From contig OZ038378.1 in NCBI GenBank assembly GCA_964036045.1, positions 65,906,001-65,970,000 of the forward strand: 64,000 nucleotides of DNA. Reading direction: 5' to 3'. Both the position numbers and the translations under genes were made by a program. Below the pieces are notes generated by a model. The model was given only the letters and a program-made list of their open reading frames with translations, did no database searches and was not told the origin of the DNA. This document shows positions 12,120 to 25,400 of the stretch, in pieces (within the stretch, counting starts at the first letter, position 1; every line of letters begins with the position of its first letter). This DNA is from Eutreptiella sp. 'Long Island Sound 2002'. Its lineage: Eukaryota > Protista > Euglenida.

Positions 12120-12910
12120 TGTGGCTTGTGGGATGGGTTTGGGTGATAATTTGGGGACAACACGGGTACTGGAGCACCCATGCTGACCCTTGTAGTAGCC
12201 ACTAGGCCTGTGTGAACCCGGCCTAGGCCCCCAGAGGCCCTAAATCAAATGTGTTTTAGACTGTTTGACATTTTGTGAACTTTTCACTTTTTCCAAAACG
12301 CTTCCGTCGCCTGTGGGATGGGTTTGGGTGATCATTTGGTGCTTATTGCCCTTGAAGGACTGCCAAGCTGTTTCCGTGCCATCCGTTCATGCCGGTGGAG
12401 TGAGTTCTCGCCGACAGCCTAGGGGGGCTAATTAGAGTGAGAACCCAACAACTTTTTCCTTGTACATGGACCCCCTAACCAATGGCAGGGGTCTCGGGTC
12501 CAGACTCTGCCCCCCCCCCCCCCCCCGCATGGGCCCTTACCCCTGAGCCATTTTTCGGCAGGCATGCATCAGCTGAAAATCTTCAAAAATCCACCTTTTT
12601 ACAAAACCCTTTTGTTGCCCCTAGGATGGGTTTGGGTGGTCATTTGGTGACAATGCTGTTACCTGAGCACCCATGGGGACTCCCATAGTGGCCCAGGCAA
12701 TGGGCCCCCCAAAAGCCCCGAAATTGATGTGTTTTAGGGTTTGTCAATTTAGTAGCACTTGAAAATTTTCGAAAATTTGTCCTTTTCGAAAGCCCGTCTT
12801 GCGCCCCGAGGATGGGCTTGGGTTGTCATTTGGTGACAATACGGGTGCTTGAGCACCCATTGGGACCCACATAGTGGCCGCCAGGCCCGTATAGCCTGGG
12901 CCATGGGCCC
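12120..12910 (+). repeat. Degenerate ~185-bp repeat units
   Basis: gatggg(t/c)ttgggt..(t/c)atttgg at 12132, 12317, 12625 and 12811, three of them followed by gagcaccca. Confidence 0.65.
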
Positions 12911-13229
12911 TCAGTTCCCCTCAACTTCACTTCTCTCTTTTTCGGCTGCCTTGCCGAAGGCAATAGAGTTTCTCACCCTGCTTTGGGGCTCCCACTCCTG
13001 TTGTGCTCCCTGCAGATGCCGCAGACCCTTGACACATTTTCTTGCATTTTCCTGAAAATGCACACCCAACGCCTGCTCCACGACATAAGCAGGCTGTTTG
13101 GGCAGCAAGCGGAACCATCCAGGGCTTTACAGCAAGCCCCCCAGGATCCACCAGAAACTCTACATTGGTCAAGATGCTGGGTTTACTAGGACCTCCCCCC
13201 GCCTGTCCCCCACCGGTGCCTCTCTGCAG

Positions 13230-13784
13230 GACTTGGGGTTCAAGCTGCTGAACCGGAACATCCGGATTTGGTTGGAGGGCTACGGCTGGAGCTGCACGGA
13301 GGATGCGGGCACCCCCAAGAGCCAGACGCTCACGAACACCAGCACCCGCCGCAACAGTTCCCGGCCGCCTAAGGCCCCTCCTGCCAAGACTGTGGACGAG
13401 ATGGTGGAGGAGTACCGAGAGCGCTCGGATGCCCTTGCCTGCACGAACCAAGTCATCGTTAACATCACGTCAAGCTACCGCAACAGCCCCTCGTGCCGCC
13501 TGGAGGCCAACATGATTCTGGAGCGGCGGCTGCAGGGGCTTGTACGTGTCCACTTTGCGATGCTGCAGAGCGGCTACCGCGGGGACTACTGGCTCAAGGC
13601 TTTTCTGGAGCACACCCCTGTCAGCCCTTCGAAGCATTTCGTGACTTTGTCGCATCATGGGCTCGTGCTCTCCCTCGAGTACGGCCGCAAGAACACGCGG
13701 TTTGAGCGTGAGGAGGTGCTGGCTCGGCAGGAGCTATCTGCCGAGGGTCATGCGGAGATCATGGTCAAGTGGGAGGAGTTCAAG
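13230..13784 (+). CDS. Exon of ART-domain gene
   Basis: ctctgcag|GAC ... TTCAAG|gtgtgt; 555 nt, phase 0/0. Confidence 0.75.
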
Positions 13785-16398
13785 GTGTGTTGCTCACAAG
13801 TGTGGCATGGATGTAGACCGGATTGGGGTTGGGGGATGGGAGCGGGGGGGGGGGGGGGGCACTGCGGGGCCTAAGGAGTTATGGTACGAGATGAGAAAAC
13901 GGAACAACAAGAAATGCAAGTCTGCGCGTCCGAGTGAACTGGTTCCAGGAGGACAACGGTAGATCAGAACAGCAAATCGAGCGAGGCCGACACACACACT
14001 CAGCACCACCCAAATCAGTAAATTGTGGTGTGTACAGAAAGTATACACTGTTGAATACACAGTGGAGGGAGTCTCTGGTCCCTCAAGTGAGTAGTGGCAT
14101 CCCTGACTATCCGTGACACCCATTTCCTCCCACAGTGTGGCCGCAATGATCTGGCTGTGAGGATTCAGGTCTGCCGAACGAGCGTGAGTGGGTGGCCATC
14201 AACTGTCGGTGGTCGGGTCAGATGCGGGGGGGGGGGGGGGCACAGCCCTCACCCCCAGAGCGGCCCGTTGATGTGCCTGGGTAGTTGTGTGGCTTGCCCC
14301 CCGCCCCCCGCCCCCCGCGCCCCAGCCCCTGCCTCCCTTACTTGCCCCACAACCACCTTGGCCCCACACCTGGAGAGGCCGTGGTTCATTGGGCGCCATC
14401 TTACAGTGTTTCCCGCCCATCTGTACATTGGAGCCGGAGGTATTGCGGGTTGTAGTCTGATCTGTGCCTTATTGGTGCCCCCTCCTGTACTCTGCTTCTT
14501 CTGTGCCGTGCCTCTGTATTTCATACCGTGATGTCTGACCCTGCACGAGTTCCCTGCCGAGCAATGCCAGCAAGCACCACAACCAGAGACATCCTGCCAC
14601 CAAGAAATCGAGAGTATGACAGCAGCCCACTGCGTGGCTCAGTGTGCGGAAGACAATGGTAATGCCCCCCCCCCCCGTCCTGCCAACCGGCATACTTACT
14701 GGGCCTTTATGGCACCCGCCTCCCCTTCCTGTGGTGTGGTGAGCACCCTCCACACTTCACTGTCATCGGGGCGCCAGTATGGGACGGACGCCAACGGGCA
14801 GAAGCAGCACTTGTGAATCGAGGGACAACTGTCCTACTCTCGCCAATTGACAATGCTTTTCCCCAGTGGCTTGGGACAAGCAACGTAAACAACTTATTTC
14901 CAAACACCCAAACCAACGCGTACACCCGGAAGTACCAACCGGCACACTTCCTCAGCCTTTGTGCCACCCCGCCCTCCTGCCACAGGCCCAACCCCACCTG
15001 CCCCAAGTGTGCCACATTTGTCCAGGTCCAGACCCTGTTGGCGTGCGAGTGCGCCTTCGATCGCATGTACACGGAGGTTGTCCAGGAGAGCTATGCTCAG
15101 GCCTACGAATTGTCGGAGCTGAAGGCGCGGTTGCTCTTGGAGTTATATGTTTGGGCCGACACGCGTGAGATGATCTTCGTCATGTGGCGGGAGTACCTGC
15201 GGATCTACGACCACTTCTATCCCGAAGACACTGCACACCGCCCGGACATCGTGTCGCACCTCCAGGACTGGGATGCCCGGTCCCGCGCCCTCTTCCTCGA
15301 TGCCCCAATGGTCCTGCTCCGCAGCCCACATCTCCCAGAGATCCTTCCTCTGCCTCTATCCCCCGGGCCCATCCAGGTGCCCCCGCCCCTTCAGGTGGTG
15401 TCGATCACCACGCGGCTGCACTCAGCCGTTGTGCGGCGCTTCAGCGCCAATGTCCGCCGCGAGATTGTACCGTGGGAGGACCGGGCAGCGGCCCAGTGGG
15501 CGCACCACCACAGCCTCCCACTGCTGCAGGCGGTCGCGCGCGCGTGCGCCCGCCCCGCGCTGCAAGCGCTGCTGCGGCGCACAGGCCAGCCGCTCCCGCC
15601 TGCCTCAGACTGGGTGGTTGCCCAGATGCGGTCCGAGTGGGTCCTGTGGCCGCAGCACTGGGACTATGCTACTTCCCCGGTGCCCCCCGGCCCGCCGCAC
15701 CCGCCACCCCCAGGGCTCACCGCTGGTCCGCGTGACGCCGGGCGCAGCGCCATGTCCGTCGCGGACTTCCTCGCGCATCCTACGGCCCGCGTTGCGCTGC
15801 TCACGGAGGCGGAGGTTGTGGCCCTGCGGCTGCACACTGGCCCCGCATACCGGGTCATGGACGCGTCCCTGCGCTCGCACACTGCGCGCTTCCCGGCGAC
15901 GCAGTGGGCGCTGGATTGCGCAGTGGGGAAATTGGCGCGCCGGGCCCCGGCGCGCACGCTCGTTCGCGGCGTCCGTGACGGTCCGGGCGCTGCATGGGCT
16001 GAGGAGTATGACCGACTGCCTGATTGGGCCGCAGGGCATGCGCTGTGTCTGCAGGACGGGGCCTACGGGATGGCAGAGGCCACCCCGAGTGCAGCCACGT
16101 GGGCCGGCTATGGCGGCCACTGTGTTATCCGCCTCAACACATGGGCCTCTGGGTCTGCGCACGGCTTGTGTAGCAAGTTCCTGGGAAATGCCGCAGACGT
16201 GGGGTGGGTGATGCAGTACCCGCAGGGCCCGGAGATGTTGCTGCCAAGGTGTCTGTGCGTCTACTTCTGCCTCTGCCTCGGCCTATTTCTGGCCCCTGCC
16301 TCTGTCTCTACCTGCACCTCCACCTCGTTCCCCTCTTTCTTTGCCTCTGCCTCTGCTTCTGCCTTTAGCTCCCCCTCAGTTTGAGCCCCTGCTTGTGC

Positions 16399-16459
<61 letters not shown>

Positions 16460-19400
16460 CCTCTCTCTGTGTGTGTATGTCCGCCCGTCCGTACGGTCTG
16501 TATTTCACTTGGTGGTACTGCCTCTTGGGGTGTTAGTGCCTCATGCAGGAGCCTTTGGGCCTTCGCCGCTTCAGTCTCTCTTTCTCTTCGTGCTGTCCGT
16601 AGTCTGTCATTTCATTTCTTGGTTTGCAGACGTTGCGGCGATGCCATGTGTATCTGCCCCATCCCATTTGCATGGCACACGCGGATCGTGCATCTGAGGT
16701 TGACCACGCACTGCCACAGGGGGGCAGTGCACTTTGTCTGCTCCCATCCGGCGTGCTCCAACGGCCACAGCAAGAGTTTTGTATTGCTGACGAGGCAAAT
16801 CAACACTCAGACAACTGCTTTGTTCTCTCTTCGTCCGCTTGAGACCTGAGCACTCACTCGCTTCTGTAAGTGCTTGTTTGTCACACTACACACATGTGTG
16901 TCCCTCCGTCTGCCTCCGCCTCTGCCTCTATCTGCCTGTGCTTTAGTCTCTGCCTCTGTCAGCCTCTTTTTCTGCCCTTGCCCCTGCTTCCACGTCACTT
17001 CTGCCTCTGCCTGTCGCAGCAACGTCATGCTGGTGCCAGTGCCACGGGTGCTGCGCCAGGACAAGGGTGTGGGCCCGCGTGAGGGGCGTAAGGTGTACGA
17101 GTTCCAACCCTGGTACCCGTGGGACACTGCCAAGAACTGCCCCGTCCTCACGGACACCAACGGCGTAGTGGAGTACGCCAACGCACTGCTTAAGCACCTG
17201 CGGCAGGAGTCTGTGCCCCTCTATGGGGGGGTCCTCCCGGCATACCTCTCCGAGGCTGACCCTGGCGTCGCCAAGGCAAGCACAGCCTCAGGAGGGGTTG
17301 CTGCGAGACACGGCGTGGGGCATGCGGGGCAGGGGGGCACAGGGGGTGGCAAGCTCCCCAGCAGCCCCCTCAGCCCCATGAACTACAGCGTGCACGATCT
17401 CGCCGCGCTGTCACTGCACTCGCTGGTTGTGGACGACGGACTAGACATGCCAGACCCTTTGGAGGCGCCCCCCTTGTACCCCTCGTCGTACCCATTGGTT
17501 TCGGCCTCCATTGCCTTTCGCATGGACAACTGGGTGCACCTCGTGATGCTGCAGCAACAGGAGGTGCATACAAGGCAGGCCATGGAGGTCAGTCTAGACT
17601 ACTTTGTGCGAGTCCGGACAATGCGCATGGATGGTCTGCTGCAGCTTCAGGAGTTCCTGCATCCGGTGAAGTGGATGATGTACGCGCTGCACTGGTGTGT
17701 GCCTGCACCCTTCAGGAAGCATGGGGCAGGGGGCCTTCTACCATTTACCCTCTGCCAACGTAAATCAGAGGCAAAACATTAGCGCGGGTGCTGCATGACA
17801 AGGTACAATATGTCAAAGGTCTGTGGGTCTGATAGGCATTTCCCTATGAGCGCTGCTGTCTTCCTGCGCACTCCCACAGCCCCCTACACCTCTGACTGTG
17901 CCCCCTTCCCCCAGCAACGCTGAACACCTCCATCCACTCACCCCCGGCTTTCCTCTCCATGAGTACTTCACCCACCCCCGACCCCATGAGCCTTTTGTTG
18001 CGTATTTTGGAACTTGTCATGAGCGGTCAATGAGTTTTCATGTCATACTTGGCATGATAAATTGTCGAGCTGCTCTTGGCCCAGCAGCTTGGTTCCTTCT
18101 CCTGTTGGATTTCCCTTCAGTCTCCCTGGTAACGGCAAGGAATCACACGTACCTGGTAGCTCACCGGAAGGTGAGTCCATGGCTCACCGACCCTCACAAC
18201 TGAGTCAACTTTCGCCACAAACCAAGTGAAAACCCTTTCACAACCCTTTCACACGCTGCTGAAAAGGTTGTTTTGCTATGACTCTCGTTCACTTTGCATT
18301 CAACCTGTGTTTTAGTGAAAATTTTTATTTTTAACTGCGCTGATTTTCTGAGTTATCACCATGCCTGAGGCCAAACATGAGACAGCAGAATCAAACAAAA
18401 GACCAACAGAGGATGTTGACCCAGAGGTAGCAAAACTCCGGGCGCTTGCAGAGATGGGGTTCCAGCACTAGAGATGGGGTTCCAGCACTGTATCAAGAGA
18501 GTGCCAGGGGACTGTGTAGCACAGAGAGTGTCTGTGATGACAATTGGATGGCAACAAGGCGGGCGCAACGTGCCGGACCTCCTGCAGGGGATGGCCAAGC
18601 TCTTTCAAATTGGTCTAGACCATGAGTGTATTTTGGATTCAATCATAGCATGGGAGGGCGTTGCTTCCGTGACCTACAACCTATAGAGCCTTCGCTTTGA
18701 GTCACATAAAAAGGAGTGCGGTGCCCCATAGCATGGGGCTCTGCACGATGTCCATTTTCTCCATTAGGAAATCTCAGAGCTCAAGAAGAAGCTGGTTGAG
18801 CAACTGACATCCGGACCATCAAAGACATAGTTGGAGACTTTGCCCAATGAGGTGATCATTAAAGAGTTCATGGAGCAAGCACGAGTGACTGAGTGGATGG
18901 TGGACTTGTGTTAGCTGCTATTGGAGGCGCTGGATGAGGAGCTGCTGGACGATCCATTGGTGAAGATAGATGGAAACTGGTCATACCAGTAACAACGGAA
19001 GTACCATGGGCATCAACCGACAGGATCGAAGAGGGGAAAATTGTCTATGCGACACAAAGGCATGACCTGGTCGCCAAAGGTGCCAAAGTGAAAAAAAGGG
19101 CAGCATCATGATACATCGTCGGTGTTAGGAACTACCAGCGGTGAATTTACTTCGGACGAAAGGGACGAACTATTGTACCGTGGCAAATTCAAGTTTGTGG
19201 AGAGGAATGGGGTGGAATGCATGATCTAGTCTAGCAGCAAGGAGTAGAGGACAGATCGCAGGCCTTTGGGCAATTGTGACCGGTGCAATGGCAAACATTG
19301 GGAATGGGAGTGCAAACACCATAAATGACTCGCCCACGAGTACAAGGAAGTGCGGGAGCAGAGATCCGGGGAGGTTTAGGTGCGGGACAGGCCTTAATTT

Positions 19401-22400
19401 TACCACTGGTACACCGAGTTTGTCCAAGCCCGAGAGGATATGGGGGCAATTACATGGTGGTCCGTTTTCCTTCAATCTGACCCTGGACGTGTACTAGAGA
19501 CACCTCGGCCACTTACGCCAGAGGACATTACAACATCCCACACAATCACCACCGCAGATCGTCCCGGACTACCCAATGGAACCGTACAAAGCTCACATCC
19601 TCAAACATGCGCCAGACCATCTCAACGTGCCGCATGCTTGAAGAAATGGGAATCTGAGGCCAGTTCCTCACCAAGTCCATTTGGAGGGTTGCTCACGCAA
19701 AAGATCGGAGTGGCCACTCGTCATCGCGTGGTTGTGGTTACCTGTTAGCTCTGTGGGCAATGACGCAGTTGGCAGACCATGGCAATGACCTCCTCATTAC
19801 ATCAATCGCCATCATGTCGGTGGCATTCTATCTCCGCATCATCGAGGCTGCTTCCATTCGGGTACGGAACTTGGCCGCAGACTCCGCAACCGTCACCTTT
19901 TTCGATAAGAAAACTCATCACTGCTGGATTACGAGACTTACCAGCTCCTATATCCTCAGGTTCATGCAATGCACTAGAGCAACAGCCCTCCGACTAGGCC
20001 GCAAGTCCATAGAACCACTGGTTAAAGGGGGTTGCAAGACACTTGAGGCCGCCATGTGCAGAAGCCTCGCGGGTATAGATTATTGACACCAACGATGGCA
20101 CTCGTGGCCGTGCATGGGAGCCACCCTCCTCATCCGACAAGGGGCTACGATCTAGGTTAGGGCTAAGCCACTTGGGATGACCCGTGGGAAGACGAAAAGC
20201 TACCACGACCGGAACTGGTACTGGAGACGTTAGCGCAATGGAAGTTTGTCAAAGGTGCTGCGACGACATCCTGATCGCTATGGCCCATGTCAGGTACAAC
20301 AGGGCGCAGACTCGATGGTTGGCAGTCCGATGGGACAACAGGGGGCGTTTTCACCGAATCGGAACCTGGAGAACCATCCGAATTACTAGATGGGAGGCAA
20401 GGCGCACAAGCGGGACCTCACGGAGACACTGACGACGTCCAGGACTACACCTCAGATAGGCCGGGACAAGCCTATATCATCGCCCGGTGTCCAAAACACC
20501 TTGACTTGTCGTACCTAAGGGCGGCTCATCGGTGGCGGATAGGCCACCGAAAGTTGTTTGCAATTGCCTGAATTTCCTGGATTTGGTGCCTATGTCTCTA
20601 CAAAACCATGGAGTTTCTGACATGGTTGGAATTGTTGAACCCATTGAAGAAGAGGAAATTTGCACACATTAGTGGCTACATTGTGGCCTTGACAAGATTA
20701 CCGTCTGGAGGTCCAATGAATGTGGTTCGTGAGTAGTTGATCCCAAGTAACGAAATACCTCAGACCTCCACCCATGTGGTTCGCCGTGAAATATCCTGAA
20801 TCTCGGTCTGAAATATCCCGAACCCCCCCCCCCCCCCCTCATCTTGTTCGGCGAAAAATATCCCTAACCTTTGCGCAAAATATCCCGAACCTTCCCCCAC
20901 CTTGTTCAGTGTGAAATATCCGGAACCTCCGTGTGAAATACCCCGAACCCCCTGCCTTAAAGTGTGGGTCCGTCATGGTATAATCGTGATATACAAATGA
21001 TGGTGCCACGGCCTCGCTTTTTCTCCTCCGTTTTATAGCCTCTATTAACTAGCTTTGCATCTTTGTACTCACAAGCTTGAAGAATCACAAAGCGGAGACT
21101 ATACCTTCCTTGACAGACGACCCAACCTGCGAAGAGCGCTACTTGGTACAATGCTGCCACCTTGTTGCCCCTCCCTTGTGCCCCCCCCTCATGTACGTCC
21201 CGGTACCCCAACTAGTGAGAATGCTTTTCATGCGGCGCGCCCTGCGGCGCACAGTTTGGGAAACCTGCCTAATTTGTGGAGCTTTTTAGATTCCACCTTG
21301 TTGTGCTCCCCGAGGGGCTTGGGGCCCGGTTTTACCATATCCCTAGTGACCTAGATTAAAGTCAGTATGTTTAATATTTGGCCAAAAATTAACACCTTAA
21401 TCTCAAGTTTCAATTTTTTTAGGGGGGGTTAGGGGGTTTGTCGTGAAAATTATGACCCCCACGGGTTGCCTTACGGGCTTGGGTGTCATTTTCCCCCGGG
21501 GGTTGATGGGGGGGTCCTACCCATGTGGTTGTTTCAAAATGTTAAAATGGCTCTCGGCTTTAATTTTTGTTTTTAATTTTTCCGTTAATATTTGAAAAGT
21601 TAAAAATTAAAGGGTCGCCGGCATTAATATTAATGTCACAAATATTAACTCATTTCCCCAAATATTAACCCTCCTAACAATGGCACAACGCAACGTGGAA
21701 TGCATCATGTGTGTGTTTATGTCTCTTGTCCATGGCCATTGTGGCCCCTTGGGTCCCTATCCGGGCCCTCATACCTCGTGGGACCCCGTAGTGGGGTCCC
21801 ACATCTTCGCGGGTCTGGATGGGGGGTTAGTGGGGTTAGTGGGGTTAGTTGGGTTAGTGGGTTCGGTGGTAGGGTTTGCGTTTGGGGGGTTAGGCGTTTT
21901 GTTCGTTTTTGTCTTCTTTTGGCCCTCTTTCTTTTGGGCCTCTTCGCGGTGCCGCTCGGCCTCCTCGAGGGTGGGGAAGAGGAGGGAGCGGTTGACCTCG
22001 TAGAGGGTGGTGCCGCCCGGGTATTCCACCCAAACGGCACCGTACTTCCCCCCGTGGATACCACGGATGGTGGCCCTCTCTACCCCTTTGGGGTAGGGTA
22101 CGTGGACGACCGTCCCGATGATCGGATCCCCGGGACAGTCGTCCTTCTTCTCGGCACCCTTGGGGGTGTCGGTCTTGGTGGGGGGGGTGGGGGGTTTTGT
22201 GGTCGCGGCCTTGGGGGGGTTGGTGGGTTTGGGGGCGGGGACGGCCTTCGTAGGCCGTGCGGTGGTGGTGGTGGTGGGGGGTTTTGGCCTTTTGGGTCGT
22301 GGGATCGCCCCGTCGTCGCTTTCGTCGGACGACTCGAAAGAAAACTTTCGTTTTGGTTTGGCGGGTTGGGGGGGGTTGGGCTTCGCTTGGGGGGGGGGGG

Positions 22401-25400
22401 TTTGGGGCGGTGGTGGTGGCCCCCCCCCCCCTTGCTCCCCCCCCTCCCCCTCGCTCGGCCCGCCCCCACCCATGTTCCCCCACATCTCCTCACCCCCCCC
22501 CCCCCCGCGTACCCCACCTCCTGCATCCGAGCCCACTCCGCGGGCCGGAAGTGGCGCGGCGACACCCATATGCCGCTCACCACGCGCGAAGTCTCCCAAT
22601 CGTGGAGACCTCGCAAGAGAGCAAGGCCCAAGGGTGTATCTCGGGCCACGATGCGGCCGAGGGACCCCAAGGGTACTTCTTGGGATCCTTCAGCGTCTCG
22701 CCAGGCCACCCGGATGGGCTTGGCATTCGTCGCGTTGACCACGACGTCAATAACATGAAAAAAAAATGGAAAAAAAATTAATTTTTCCGGCTACATTTTT
22801 AATTTTTCGACTTTAATATTCACTCTATTTTTTAGTATTTGGACCGGCGACGCAAAAATTAAATATTAATCTCGAGAAATTAAACGTGACGTCCTAAAAA
22901 TTAAAGCACGCACGTAAAACACATACCTCAAAACTCCCGTTCACTCCGCCGGCTTGAACTGCCCCCATGGCCTCCCGGAAGAGCGCGGCAGCACTGGGGG
23001 CCTCCACAGGGGCCACAGGGGCTGCCGCGCTGGCCATCGGGGCCGCCTGGGCCCCCGGTTTGGCCGCGGTCGCGGCCGTGGTCGCCGCCTTGGCGGCGCG
23101 GGACTGGGGCACCAAGCCCTCGTACGAGGGCTGGCACCCCGGGTCGTAGATGGGGCGGGGCTGGGCCAGCACAGTGGCCCAGTCCACCCCGAAGGCCACC
23201 ACCTTGCCCTGGTGCCACTGCCGCACCCAGCCCAGCTGGGCCCAGTGCTGCAGCAGCACCAGCCAATGTGGTGTCACGAAACGGACGCCGCGGGGGTCGT
23301 AAAGCAAATTCAGCGCGGGCAGGGCGCCCACGCTGATTGCCTCCGGCATGGGGGCAAGGGGGGCACCAGGGTGGGGTTTCCAGACCCAGACCCCCCCCTG
23401 GAGGCATCATTACCCCAGGTCCCCCCGTGTTTCCCCTCGTTCCGGCGGATCAAGCACCGTATCAACCGCCGAAAAATCCACATGACCGTCATGTGGCTAT
23501 GGGGGGGGGGAGGAAAAAACGGGTTGATCCCCGGCGCACCCCTCCTGCAGCGCCTGGGCTGACCAGGGGATCGGCCCCGCCTTTCTAGCGGTGGCCGATT
23601 GGGGGCCCAGGGCTTTGAGAAGCCACTGGGGGAGGGGGGGGGGGTCATTGGGCGGGTCAACCTCCTGAACTTCCCCGTCCCCGTCCCCCTCGTCCACCAC
23701 CACTTCCCCCTCCCCCTCGGCCTTGACCCCCCCCCCCAGGCTGGCCTCTACCCCCCCCCCTGCCCCTGGCTCCTCCCTGTCTCTCCTCTCCCTTTTCTCC
23801 TTCTTTTTCTTCTTCTTCTCCTTCTTCTCCCTCCGCCGCCTATCCGAGGAGTCTTCGCTTGACTCCTCGGTTGGCGGATGGGCGGCGGGAGGAGGAGGAG
23901 GTGCTTGTGCTGGTGCTTGTGCTGGTGCTGGAGCTGCTGCTGCTGCTGGTTGAGCTGCAGCCAGTCGTTGCTCCACTTGTTGCATCTAAGAGAGCGAGAG
24001 GATGAAAAAAAAATTAATTTTTGTCCCCCCGACTTAATTTCTTGAAATTTATATTATCTAGCGAAAAATTAATTAATATATTAAATATTAATGACCGCGC
24101 CTATTAATATTAATCTCGAAATATTAAACGGAGCGACGGAAATATTAATTGTTATACACAAGCAAGCATGCACAAGCAAAACACACGAGGGCTTCGTTGT
24201 TCGCTTTGAGCATGTCGGCCAACATCTTTTGCATGGCCGAGGCGTCCATGGCAAGGAGAAAACAAAGCTAGTGGTGGGGAAGCAAGGGTGGAGGGCGGGG
24301 GGCTATGGGTGGCCATGAGTTTGGCCATGGTGCATGGGGCGGTATGGGGGGTCCCGTAATTGCGTAGCGGAAGGTCAAATTTTAAAAACCACCACTCCCA
24401 CACTTGGGAAACTACCTCCCCCTCCCGCTCTACTTGGGTTGCCCCCGGCATCCCCCCCCCCCCTCCGGGCCGAGTGGTCATTGTATGCGCGCTTAAGGAT
24501 GGCGTTGAGGCTCTCAACGACATCCGCGCACACGGCACCCATTGGCCACGGCCACGGCCTCGGTGACATCCTCCTCCAAATAGAGGAGGTAGTTTGATTC
24601 ACACGCCTCCTTGCAACAATGTGCACGGTAGGCGCGTGCCACCTCGGCCGCACGTAGGTCCCCGCGGGGCGGCTTGTCCGTGTACAATTCCCGGAGGAGG
24701 TCACGCATGGCCACGACGGCTTGCCATTCACCATCCTCCGGGACGTAGTCCAACAACGGACCAAGTTCCTCCCACGCGAGGAACAACGCACGGGCCTCCT
24801 CCCCGTCGGGTGCCCCCGTCGCACCCAACTTCACACCCGTGCGGGCCCGGTAGAGGACCCGTTGCACGGCGTCGGTGTTCTCCTTGGGGAGGTCCGCAAG
24901 GCGTGTCTCGATGAACGCCACTTGGAGCCGGCCAATGGCCATGCAACAATGGAGGATGCATAGGAAAACCATGCACCGGTCAACCACAATGTGTGGATCC
25001 CCTATGCATCCCCCATTCTCCAAGCTACGGCCGGTCTCCTTGTAGCGGCGGCGGGCCGCCTCCTCACGGTCCAAGGTGCGCCGGGTCGCCACGTTGACCC
25101 ATGCCGCCGCAACCTTGTCCCACACCCCCATATTGTAAATTGAGCCCACCAAGGGCGAGGTGGACACACCGATAAGGCGCCGCACGAACGGTTGGTCTCC
25201 CCCGATGACCAACCCGCTTGACACCCAATGAAACTTCTCGCAGTCTTGTATGGAATGCAATACCTACAAAAAGGACATGGATTAATATTTACATTAATTT
25301 CTCGAGATTAATATTAAGTTAATTTTTCAGTCGGCGTTAATATTAACCGAAAACAAGATATTAATCTCGAGAAATTAACGCAAAAAACGCAAAAATTAAC

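Noticed and set aside
17276-17373. Small GC-AG intron in the Gly-rich part of exon 17020-17694
   Set aside because: Candidate lengths (86, 89, 98 nt) are not multiples of 3, while the unspliced frame is open
21825-21860. Telomere-like ggggttagt repeats
   Set aside because: 9-bp period, not TTAGGG; only 4 copies; encodes PTNPTN in the E2 accessory ORF
21700-22781. Plus-strand 352-aa and 206-aa Gly-rich ORFs
   Set aside because: GC-rich shadow frames antisense to the E2 accessory gene
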